A DNA stretch of 64,000 nt, taken from positions 5,694 through 69,693 of the forward strand of contig QJZQ01000173.1 of assembly GCA_003246675.1 (NCBI GenBank), written 5' to 3'. Under the pieces are notes generated by a model, which ran no database searches, was not told the origin of the DNA, and saw nothing but the letters and a program-made list of their open reading frames with translations. Of the stretch, positions 55,590 to 64,000 are shown one piece after another. Position numbers and translations under genes: made by a program. Source of the stretch: Nitrospirota bacterium (GTDB lineage: Bacteria > Nitrospinota > Nitrospinia > Nitrospinales > VA-1). How positions within the stretch are numbered: position 1 is the first letter of the stretch; the number at the start of each line of letters is the position of its first letter.

Positions 55590-55968
55590 GACCGAGCCTT
55601 TTGCAGTGTTTTCAAACAACATCTCTTGCGATGGTTCAATACTATCATCGGCAATTTGGCCTTGTCAAAGCAATTCCCCCCTCGTCCACCGGGCCGAAAT
55701 CACAGAATTCTCAAGCACTAGAAGGTTCCCCTCCCCCACACCCCGCCCCTCTGAACTTCCTGGGCCTCAAAGAAGGGGTTTCTTACCTTATTATAAGGGC
55801 CCCCCATCGGCACCCCGAAAAGTGGATGCCCCACCCGCCGAAAAAGCCGGAAAAAAAATCACGAGCATGCCCAATAACAGAAAAACAGGGAAAGTAAACA
55901 AAACAGTCTTTTAGGGCCAGGCTGCGCCCCGTCAGGGCGCAACAAAGCATTGTTTTCCCAATTTTTAA

Positions 55969-55996
55969 TTGACAGGAAAGAGGACTGTGATAGGAT
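55969..55996 (+). promoter_or_regulatory. sigma70-type promoter of the dcw cluster (mraZ promoter)
   Basis: TTGACA (55969-55974) - N16 - TAGGAT (55991-55996), with a TG at 55988-55989 one nt upstream of the -10 hexamer (extended -10). About 85 nt upstream of the mraZ ATG. Confidence 0.6.
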
Positions 55997-56031
55997 GTGC
56001 AGAATTATGGAGGAAAGTGTTCCATTGTGTA
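55985..56031 (+). promoter_or_regulatory. 10-bp-phased GTG box array, candidate MraZ operator
   Basis: GTG occurs at 55987, 55997, 56017 and 56027. A degenerate ATGG fills the 56007 slot. The spacing is exactly 10 bp, running from the -10 hexamer into the leader. Confidence 0.5.
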
Positions 56032-56081
56032 GTAATTATAAGCCCGGCTCGGGTCGATTCTCCCTTTGGAATAGCGAATAA

Positions 56082-56471
56082 ATGCCCGGATTTTTAGGTA
56101 CTCACAGCATTACGATGGATGACAAGGGCCGGGCAACGGTTCCCTCCAAGTTTCGGGCTGTCCTGGAAAAGGATTACGGGCCAGAGCTTATAATCTGCCA
56201 AAAAGGCGACTACCTGCTCATTTTCCCGGAAAAGGAATGGGCTGTCAACGAGGAAAACCTCAGCAAACTCAATGCTTTTAACGAAGAAGACCGGGAAAAA
56301 TTAAGGGTTTACTACTCCCAGGCTGCGGATTGCACGATCAAGTCGGGGAAAATTTTAATTCCCGCCAACCTCCGCGAGGCGGCGGGCTTAAATAAGGAAG
56401 CGGTTCTGGTCGGAATGTCCCGGACGTTTGAAATCTGGGCTTCAGATCGATGGGCGAGAAAAACCGGGTAA
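56082..56471 (+). CDS. mraZ: transcriptional regulator MraZ
   Basis: 129-aa ORF with two SpoVT/AbrB-like halves (MDDKGRATVPSKFR and KSGKILIPANLRE). First gene of the dcw cluster. Confidence 0.9.
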   Translation: MPGFLGTHSITMDDKGRATVPSKFRAVLEKDYGPELIICQKGDYLLIFPEKEWAVNEENLSKLNAFNEEDREKLRVYYSQAADCTIKSGKILIPANLREAAGLNKEAVLVGMSRTFEIWASDRWARKTG

Positions 56472-56537
56472 TGGCCATAACCTGGATCGAGCCTTTTTAT
56501 CCCGTGTCCCTTTAGCCAAAGGAGCCGGGTCAAATAC

Positions 56538-57476
56538 ATGCAAGTCTACCACGGGAGCGTGCTGGGAGGCCCCGTCCTCCAGCACCTTAATTTCACGGAG
56601 GAGGGGATTGTCGTGGATAGCACTTTGGGTGATGGGGGCCACACCGAGCTCCTGCTCAAAAACAGCGGTCCTGGGCTGAATGTGCTCGGCATCGACCGCG
56701 ATGCCGATGCTCTCGCGCGGGCTTCAAAAAGGCTCGCACCCTACGGCGGCCGGGTGCGCTTTGCGCACGGCAATTACAGCGAGATCAAAAGCATCCTCGC
56801 ACGGTTCGGCATCCCGAAGATCGACGGCCTTCTTCTCGACCTTGGCGTCTCCTCCCCGCAGATCGACACCCCCGAACGCGGCTTCAGCTTCATGAAAGCA
56901 GGCCCCCTCGACATGAGGATGGACCGGCGCGACGCGCTCACCGCCGCCGACCTTCTGCAAACCCTGTCCGATCGAGATCTCGAATTTCTCTTCCGGGAAT
57001 ACGGCGAGGAACGCCACGCCCGCCGCATCGTCCGCGCCATCCGCAGGGCGCAGGCCGAGGCCCCTATCGCCACAACCACCGAATTGTCCGCGATCATCTC
57101 GCGCGCGGTTCCCGGTGCCCGCCAGGCACGCATCCACCCCGCCACCCGGGTTTTCCAGGCGCTTCGCATTGCGGTCAACCGTGAGCTGGACCACCTGAAA
57201 ACCGCCCTGGCCGATTCGCTGGATGTGCTCAGCGAGGGAGCTCGCGTGATCGTGATCTCCTTCCATTCCCTGGAAGATCGAATCGTGAAAAACTTCTTTC
57301 GCGACGAGGAAAAGGGGTGCGTCTGCCCCCCCAGGCTTCCCGTATGCGTCTGCGGCAAAAAACCGCGGCTCAAGGTGATCACGCGCCGTGTGATCACCCC
57401 CACGGAGGAGGAAATCGCCGCCAATCCGCGCGCGTCGAGCGCCAAGATGCGCGTTGCCGAGAGAGTCTATGTTTGA
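56538..57476 (+). CDS. rsmH: 16S rRNA (cytosine1402-N4)-methyltransferase RsmH
   Basis: 312-aa ORF with VDSTLGDGGH, LGIDRD, LLDLGVSSPQID, GPLDMRM, ISFHSLEDRIVK and NPRASSAKMR. Confidence 0.9.
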   Translation: MQVYHGSVLGGPVLQHLNFTEEGIVVDSTLGDGGHTELLLKNSGPGLNVLGIDRDADALARASKRLAPYGGRVRFAHGNYSEIKSILARFGIPKIDGLLLDLGVSSPQIDTPERGFSFMKAGPLDMRMDRRDALTAADLLQTLSDRDLEFLFREYGEERHARRIVRAIRRAQAEAPIATTTELSAIISRAVPGARQARIHPATRVFQALRIAVNRELDHLKTALADSLDVLSEGARVIVISFHSLEDRIVKNFFRDEEKGCVCPPRLPVCVCGKKPRLKVITRRVITPTEEEIAANPRASSAKMRVAERVYV

Positions 57477-57786
57477 CCGGATCCGCAAAATTGCCCAGAC
57501 CCGGCTGCATGTGCCGCCGAAGGAATTTCGCATGATTCTCCTCGCGTCGGTGCTGGTGATGATCGGCGCCATGGCCTTCGTTTGGCCCAACGTGCGCATG
57601 GTGAAGCTCGGCTACGAATACCAGGCTCTGCTGAAGGAACAGCGGGAACTGCTCAGGGAGAGCAACCTGCTGCTCCTTGAGAAATCCAGCCTGGAGTCGC
57701 TCGACCGGGTTCATGCCCTGGCGAAAGAAAAACTCGGGCTTCAACCGCCCGAGAACGGTCAAATTGTAACTGTGTTCCTCAAGTAG
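57469..57786 (+). CDS. ftsL: cell division protein FtsL
   Basis: Small bitopic ORF between rsmH and ftsI: one TM helix (ILLASVLVMIGAMAFVW) followed by a leucine-zipper-like coil. ATG 57469 is preferred; the track start at 57454 is also possible. Confidence 0.7.
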   Translation: MFDRIRKIAQTRLHVPPKEFRMILLASVLVMIGAMAFVWPNVRMVKLGYEYQALLKEQRELLRESNLLLLEKSSLESLDRVHALAKEKLGLQPPENGQIVTVFLK

Positions 57787-57795
57787 GCGAAGACG

Positions 57796-59541
57796 ATGGC
57801 TCGATCCGACAAACAAGCCAGGGGCAATGCACGCAGCTCCCTGAAGGTCCGCCTGCTGATGGTGTCCGCTATTTTTCTCATCTATTGGGCCGGGCTCACC
57901 ACGCGTCTGTTCTACCTGCAAATCATCAAGCACGACGACCTGGTCGCCCTGTCCAAGAGGCAATACGACCGCACCGCGAAAATCTATTACGGCCGCGGCG
58001 TCATTTACGACCGCAATCAGAACGAGTTGGTTAGAAATATCGAGATGGAATCGGTCTACATCACGCCGCCCGAAATCACCGACAAAAAACGAACCGCGAA
58101 AACATTGGCCTCCCTTCTCAAGCTGGATGAGAAAGAGGTCGCGCGTAAAGTCAGGTCGGACAAGCACTTCGTGTGGGTCAAGCGAAAAGCCCCGTTCGAA
58201 GAGGTGGACCGCCTGAGGCAACACGACCTCCAGGGAGTCGGCTTCGTTTCCGAGCAGCGCCGGTTTTATCCCAAGCGGGAGCTCGCTTCCGGCGTTCTCG
58301 GCTTCGTCGGCCTCGACAACCAGGGCCTCGCCGGAGTGGAACATTATCACCACTCCCTGCTCAAGGGAGCCACCCTGCGCCAGGTGATCGAAAAAGACGC
58401 CCGGGGGCGGACGATCCATTCCCTCGACGCGCAGGGAAAGCAGCGCTCGCCCAGTCATGACGTGGTGTTGACCCTCGACGAGGTCATCCAGTTCATTGCC
58501 GAGCATCACTTAAAAGCGCAGGTTAAGGAGTATGACGCGAAATCCGGCGTGGCCGTGGTGATGGACCCGCACAGCGGCGAAATCTACGCCATGGCCAACG
58601 TCCCGCAGTTCAACCCCAACAACTACGCCGCCTACCCGCCGCGCATGTGGGAAAACCGGATTGTCTCGGGGGCGTTCGAGCCGGGTTCGATTTTCAAGCC
58701 GGTGGTCGCCGCAGCCGTGATCGACTCAGGAGCGGCCAGCGCCAGCGACACGTTTTTCTGTGAAAACGGGGATTTTAAAATCGGCCGGGTGAGCATCGGC
58801 GAAGCGGCCAATCACAAATTCGGCTTGCTGAGCATCAAGGATATCATCAAAAAATCGAGCAACATCGGGTCCATCAAAATGGCGCAGGCCCTCGGGAGCG
58901 AAGGCATGTTCCCCTACCTCAAAGGATTTGGCTTCGGAGAAAAAACAGGGATCGACCTTCCGGGCGAGTCCCCCGGCTTTTTGCGGGACTTGCCGCGCTG
59001 GTCGGCGCTCTCGCTTGCATCCATTTCCTTCGGCCACGAAATTTCCGCCACGCCTATTCAGATGGCCGCGGCAACGAGCGCCATCGCCAACGGAGGCACA
59101 CTCTACCCGCCGCGCGTCACACGGGCCATCGTGAAAGGCGGCCAGGTCGTGCAAGGGCTCGACAAGCCCGCCGGGCGCCGTGTCATTGCGGAAAAAACCA
59201 GCCGCCAGATCATCGAAATCCTGAAATCGGTCGTTAAGGAGGGCACCGGAACCGAGGCTGCGGTGCCGGGGTACGACACCGCGGGTAAAACCGGAACCGC
59301 GCAGAAATTTGACCCCGAAACGCAGACCTATTCCAGTACCGATTACGTCTCTTCGTTTGTCGGCTTTGCTCCCGCGGACGCCCCGCGCATCGTGGTTCTC
59401 GTTATGATCGACTCCCCCAAAAAGAGCCACTGGGGAGGCGTCGTCGCCGCACCGGTGTTCCGGGAAATAACCAAGGAAGTCCTGCGTTACCTCAACGTCC
59501 CGTCCAGTGAGGAACGGGTCTACATTATGGACCGTGCATGA
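57796..59541 (+). CDS. ftsI: peptidoglycan D,D-transpeptidase FtsI (PBP3 class)
   Basis: 581-aa ORF with an N-terminal TM anchor. Transpeptidase motifs: SIFKP (SxxK), SSN, KTGTA. Confidence 0.9.
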   Translation: MARSDKQARGNARSSLKVRLLMVSAIFLIYWAGLTTRLFYLQIIKHDDLVALSKRQYDRTAKIYYGRGVIYDRNQNELVRNIEMESVYITPPEITDKKRTAKTLASLLKLDEKEVARKVRSDKHFVWVKRKAPFEEVDRLRQHDLQGVGFVSEQRRFYPKRELASGVLGFVGLDNQGLAGVEHYHHSLLKGATLRQVIEKDARGRTIHSLDAQGKQRSPSHDVVLTLDEVIQFIAEHHLKAQVKEYDAKSGVAVVMDPHSGEIYAMANVPQFNPNNYAAYPPRMWENRIVSGAFEPGSIFKPVVAAAVIDSGAASASDTFFCENGDFKIGRVSIGEAANHKFGLLSIKDIIKKSSNIGSIKMAQALGSEGMFPYLKGFGFGEKTGIDLPGESPGFLRDLPRWSALSLASISFGHEISATPIQMAAATSAIANGGTLYPPRVTRAIVKGGQVVQGLDKPAGRRVIAEKTSRQIIEILKSVVKEGTGTEAAVPGYDTAGKTGTAQKFDPETQTYSSTDYVSSFVGFAPADAPRIVVLVMIDSPKKSHWGGVVAAPVFREITKEVLRYLNVPSSEERVYIMDRA

Positions 59542-61097
59542 TGAACATGGTGAACGCCAATACACCCATGACGGCTGACCACAATACCCAAACGCCACCG
59601 CTCCGGAAACTTTCCGAGCTGCTTGGCCACTGCCCGGCGAAGAACGTGCTCGGCACCCTGGACCGCGACATCGCCTCCATCGCGTTCGACTCCCGGAAGG
59701 TGGAGCCCGGCGGCCTCTTCATCGCCATCCACGGCTACCAGGAAGACGGCAGCCGATTTATCGACGACGCGCTCCGCCGCGGCGCCTCGGCCTTCATCAC
59801 CGAAACCGAATTCGACAAACTGCCGGGGCATCACCTCGCCGCCAACGGCACCACCGCCATACGCGTGGAGGACGCCAGGCTCGCGCTCTCGCGGGTGAGC
59901 GCGGAATTTTACCGCCACCCCTCGCGCGACCTGAACCTGGTGGGAATCACCGGCACCAACGGCAAAACCACGCTGACCTACATTCTCGAAACACTGTTCA
60001 AGGCGGCCCACCAGCCCACCGGCGTCATCGGCACCATCAACTACCGCTACGGCGGGGTTGTGCGCCAGGCATCCGTCACCACGCCCGAATCTCTCGATAT
60101 CAACCGCATGCTTCGCGACATGGCCGACCAGGGCATCGGCACCTGCTTCCTGGAAGTTTCCTCGCATTCCCTCGCGCTCAAGCGAGTGCATGAGATGACC
60201 TTCCGGGTGGGCGTGTTCACCAACCTGAGCCGCGATCATCTCGACTTCCACGGCACCATGGAAGCCTACGCAAACGCAAAAAAGGAGCTGTTCCGGGCCA
60301 ACAACGTCAAACACAGAGTCATCAACACCGACGACCCCGTCGGCAGGGAAATCCTCAAGGAATCCGGCGTGGAAACACTCACGACCGGCATCGATCATCC
60401 AGCGGACGTCAAAGCTGAAGGCTGCGTTCTATCCGAGGAAGGCAGTCACTTCACTCTCCAAACTCCCTCCGGAAACCGGGAGATTTTCACGCATCTCCTC
60501 GGCAAACACAACGTTTACAATCTCCTCTCAGGGGCCGCTGCGGCCCTCTTCCAAGGTATACCGCTGGATGAAATCGGCCAGGGGATGCGGTCCATCGACC
60601 GCATCCCCGGTCGATTCGAACGCCTGGACCGGGGTCAGGATTTCACCGTGGTGGTGGACTACGCCCACACCGGCGACGCGCTCACCAACGTATTGAACGC
60701 GGCCCGCGCCTTCACGCACGGGAAAGTCATCGTCGTGTTCGGCTGCGGCGGCGACCGCGACCGCGGCAAACGCCCCGAAATGGGACGCGCCGCGATCGCC
60801 GGCAGCGACTTCGCCGTGATCACTTCCGACAACCCGCGCCGGGAACAACCCGAACGCATCATCGAAGACATTTTAAAAGGCCTCCCGCCGCAGGCGAAAG
60901 AGAACCGGGACTACGCGGTCATTCCCGACCGGGCCGAGGCCATCGCCTTCGCCATCAATCGCGCTGAGAAGGGCGACTTTTTGCTGATCGCCGGAAAAGG
61001 GCACGAGGACTACCAGATCCTGCCCTCGGGAACCATTCATTTCGACGACAGGGAAATCGCCGGAATGGCTCTCGGAAAGAGATTGAACCATGATTAA
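59538..61097 (+). CDS. murE: UDP-N-acetylmuramoyl-L-alanyl-D-glutamate--2,6-diaminopimelate ligase
   Basis: 519-aa ORF with the P-loop GITGTNGKTT and the DNPR motif (ITSDNPRRE) that is typical of meso-DAP-adding MurE. ATGA overlap with ftsI. Confidence 0.9.
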   Translation: MMNMVNANTPMTADHNTQTPPLRKLSELLGHCPAKNVLGTLDRDIASIAFDSRKVEPGGLFIAIHGYQEDGSRFIDDALRRGASAFITETEFDKLPGHHLAANGTTAIRVEDARLALSRVSAEFYRHPSRDLNLVGITGTNGKTTLTYILETLFKAAHQPTGVIGTINYRYGGVVRQASVTTPESLDINRMLRDMADQGIGTCFLEVSSHSLALKRVHEMTFRVGVFTNLSRDHLDFHGTMEAYANAKKELFRANNVKHRVINTDDPVGREILKESGVETLTTGIDHPADVKAEGCVLSEEGSHFTLQTPSGNREIFTHLLGKHNVYNLLSGAAAALFQGIPLDEIGQGMRSIDRIPGRFERLDRGQDFTVVVDYAHTGDALTNVLNAARAFTHGKVIVVFGCGGDRDRGKRPEMGRAAIAGSDFAVITSDNPRREQPERIIEDILKGLPPQAKENRDYAVIPDRAEAIAFAINRAEKGDFLLIAGKGHEDYQILPSGTIHFDDREIAGMALGKRLNHD

Positions 61098-62502
61098 AGG
61101 CCAGGCCACAGACTGCTTGAGCGCCTTCGCCGGTGAGCTCATTTGCGGCGAACCCGAAGCGTCGTTTTGCGGCGTCTCCATCGATTCGCGCACCGTGAGC
61201 GCCGGAGAATTGTTTTTCTGCATCACGGGAGAACGCTTCGACGGCCATGACTTTATCGAAAGCGCGATGGCCCGGGGCGCGGCGGGGGTGATTCTCTCCG
61301 ACGCGAGCCGCTTTTCACGGCCGCCTGCGTCCGGCAAAAGTGGAAAGGATTTTTTTGCGATAAGAACCCAGGACACCCTGACCGCCCTGCAGGAACTCGC
61401 CCGCCAGCACCGGCAGCGGATTCCCGCCCGGGTGGTTGCCGTCACCGGCACCAACGGCAAAACCACGACCAAGGAAATGATCGCCGCCATCGCCGCCATG
61501 AAATTCCGCACCCACAAAACCCGCGGCAACCTGAACAACCATATCGGCCTGCCGCTCACGGTTCTCGCCCTCAGCCCGGACCACGAAGTGGCGGTGCTGG
61601 AAATGGGCATGAGCGCCGCCGGAGAAATCCGCCGTCTGGCGGAAATCGCCGACCCGGACATCGGCGTCATCACCAATATTTCCGAGGGCCACCTGCTGCA
61701 CCTTGAATCGGTGAAGAACGTGCAGGCCGCCAAGGGCGAGCTGTTCGAGGCTCTCGGCGAAGGAGACACCGCCATCGTCAACGCGGACGACCCCCTGGTG
61801 CGGGAACTCGCGCTGAACCTCAGGGCGCGGCAGATCACCTTCGGCATCGACCAACCGGCCGACATCCGCGGGGAAAATATCCGCTCGCTCGGCGAAGAAG
61901 GCTACGAATTCACCGTAACGGCGGACACGAAAAGCATTCCGGTGCACCTGCCCTTCCCCGGCGCCTGCAACGTGCCCAACGCCCTTGCCGCGATGGCCGC
62001 CGGTCTGGCTCTCGGAATTGAACCCGAACTCATGGCGGAGGGACTCAAGCAAACCCGGCTGCCCGCCCAGCGCCACGAGATTCTGCGGCAAGCGGGACTT
62101 GTCGTCATCAACGACGCCTACAACGCCAACCCGCAATCGATGCGCGCGGCCCTGGCCACCCTCGCCGGGTATCCCGCCGCGGGACGGAAGTTTTTCGTGA
62201 TCGGCGACATGCTGGAGCTGGGGCGCTCGGAAGAAACCCTGCACATGCGCCTGGGGGAAGATATTGCCGGGCAATCCATTGACTGCCTGGTCACCGTGGG
62301 AAAGCTCGCCGGCCTCGCGGCGCGGGGAGCGCTTGCAAAAGGCATGGATGAAAACCAGGTGAAAGCCCTCGCCACGCGGGGAGAGGCCCTGGATTACCTA
62401 AAGCACACAACCCGCTCCGGCGACTGCCTGCTCATCAAGGGGTCGCGGGGGGCGGGAATGGAAGAAGTGGTCCGGGGTCTCCTCGGCGCTTCCGCTTCCT
62501 AG
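61090..62502 (+). CDS. murF: UDP-N-acetylmuramoyl-tripeptide--D-alanyl-D-alanine ligase
   Basis: 470-aa ORF with the P-loop AVTGTNGKTTTKEM, NDAYNANPQSM and LLIKGSRG. 8-nt overlap with murE. Confidence 0.9.
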   Translation: MIKGQATDCLSAFAGELICGEPEASFCGVSIDSRTVSAGELFFCITGERFDGHDFIESAMARGAAGVILSDASRFSRPPASGKSGKDFFAIRTQDTLTALQELARQHRQRIPARVVAVTGTNGKTTTKEMIAAIAAMKFRTHKTRGNLNNHIGLPLTVLALSPDHEVAVLEMGMSAAGEIRRLAEIADPDIGVITNISEGHLLHLESVKNVQAAKGELFEALGEGDTAIVNADDPLVRELALNLRARQITFGIDQPADIRGENIRSLGEEGYEFTVTADTKSIPVHLPFPGACNVPNALAAMAAGLALGIEPELMAEGLKQTRLPAQRHEILRQAGLVVINDAYNANPQSMRAALATLAGYPAAGRKFFVIGDMLELGRSEETLHMRLGEDIAGQSIDCLVTVGKLAGLAARGALAKGMDENQVKALATRGEALDYLKHTTRSGDCLLIKGSRGAGMEEVVRGLLGASAS

Positions 62503-62509
62503 AGGCTGT

Positions 62510-63595
<1,086 letters not shown>

Positions 63596-63598
63596 ACG

Positions 63599-64000
63599 AT
63601 GGACATCGAGAACAAAACATTCTGCGTCATCGGCATGGGCCGCTCCGGCCTGGCCGCCGCCAACTTTCTCGCCGACCGCGGCGCGCGGGTCCGGATCGCC
63701 GAGGCGCGCAGCGAAGCTGCGCTCGGGGAAGCCGCGCACAACCTCCATCCGGCGGTCGGCGTGACCTATGGCAACTCGACGCCATCCGACGACGCCGATT
63801 GCATCGTGCTGAGCCCGGGGGTGGATATCGACGCCGATTTCCTCGCCCCCGCCCGCGCGCGCGGAACCGAAATCATCAGCGAGATCGAACTCGCCTCCCG
63901 GTTCGCCCAGGCCCCCATCATCGCCATCACCGGCACCAACGGCAAAACCACCTGCACCACCCTGATCGGCAACATGCTGAAGCAGGCGGGCAAAGAGGCG
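63599..64000 (+). CDS. murD: UDP-N-acetylmuramoylalanine--D-glutamate ligase, 3'-truncated by the window edge
   Basis: ATG at 63599 gives MDIENKTFCVIGMGRSGLAAANFLADRG..., a Rossmann-like N-domain. ITGTNGKTT appears at the window end. Expected dcw position after mraY. Confidence 0.8.
   Translation, partial: MDIENKTFCVIGMGRSGLAAANFLADRGARVRIAEARSEAALGEAAHNLHPAVGVTYGNSTPSDDADCIVLSPGVDIDADFLAPARARGTEIISEIELASRFAQAPIIAITGTNGKTTCTTLIGNMLKQAGKEA

Overview
GC-rich, densely coding bacterial chromosomal window. I call 59 CDS on both strands, many with 4-nt start/stop overlaps. I saw no rRNA, tRNA, CRISPR array, transposase, integrase or phage genes, so this reads as core chromosome rather than a mobile island.

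Gene blocks, left to right:
1. DUF167 - mtnA - NDP-sugar pyrophosphorylase, then a convergent CDF transporter, a hypothetical protein and a SurA-like PPIase.
2. A fused polytopic-membrane/spermidine-synthase-like protein.
3. A divergent cluster: an RNI-type LRR protein and an M1 aminopeptidase with a HEAT tail face DUF58, a BatA/vWA protein, a TGase-TPR-FGE fusion and a small membrane protein. No MoxR ATPase is present.
4. A minus-strand Fe-S block: nifU-like, sufBCDSU, then an AmmeMemoRadiSam-type radical SAM enzyme and a flavin reductase.
5. moaA, a LarE-like PP-loop ATPase, proC, yggS, a P-II-like protein, one CheY-like regulator and two PAS histidine kinases.
6. A SprT-like protein, a lipoprotein hydrolase, mutS2, tpx, an M16 peptidase, xthA, an ACT protein, a periplasmic ankyrin protein, a cold-shock protein, an orphan OppD/F-type ATPase pair and an NTF2-like protein.
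7. A complete System I cytochrome c maturation operon (ccmE-F-H-x-A-B-D-C-tlpA).
8. The start of the dcw cluster (mraZ-rsmH-ftsL-ftsI-murE-murF-mraY-murD').

I found no clear-cut novel system. The best candidates for a second look are:
- the MoxR-less DUF58/vWA/FGE cluster with its divergent LRR-peptidase pair;
- a ccm operon combining a CxxxY-type CcmE with a CcmH carrying an unusual Cys cluster;
- an orphan intrinsic terminator and structured AT-rich leader upstream of the LarE-like gene;
- a perfect 22-bp tandem duplication across the start codon of a P-II-like gene that lacks Tyr51;
- a 10-bp-phased GTG box array at the mraZ promoter.

All functional calls rest on motif recognition by eye. 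No database search or RNA folding was run.
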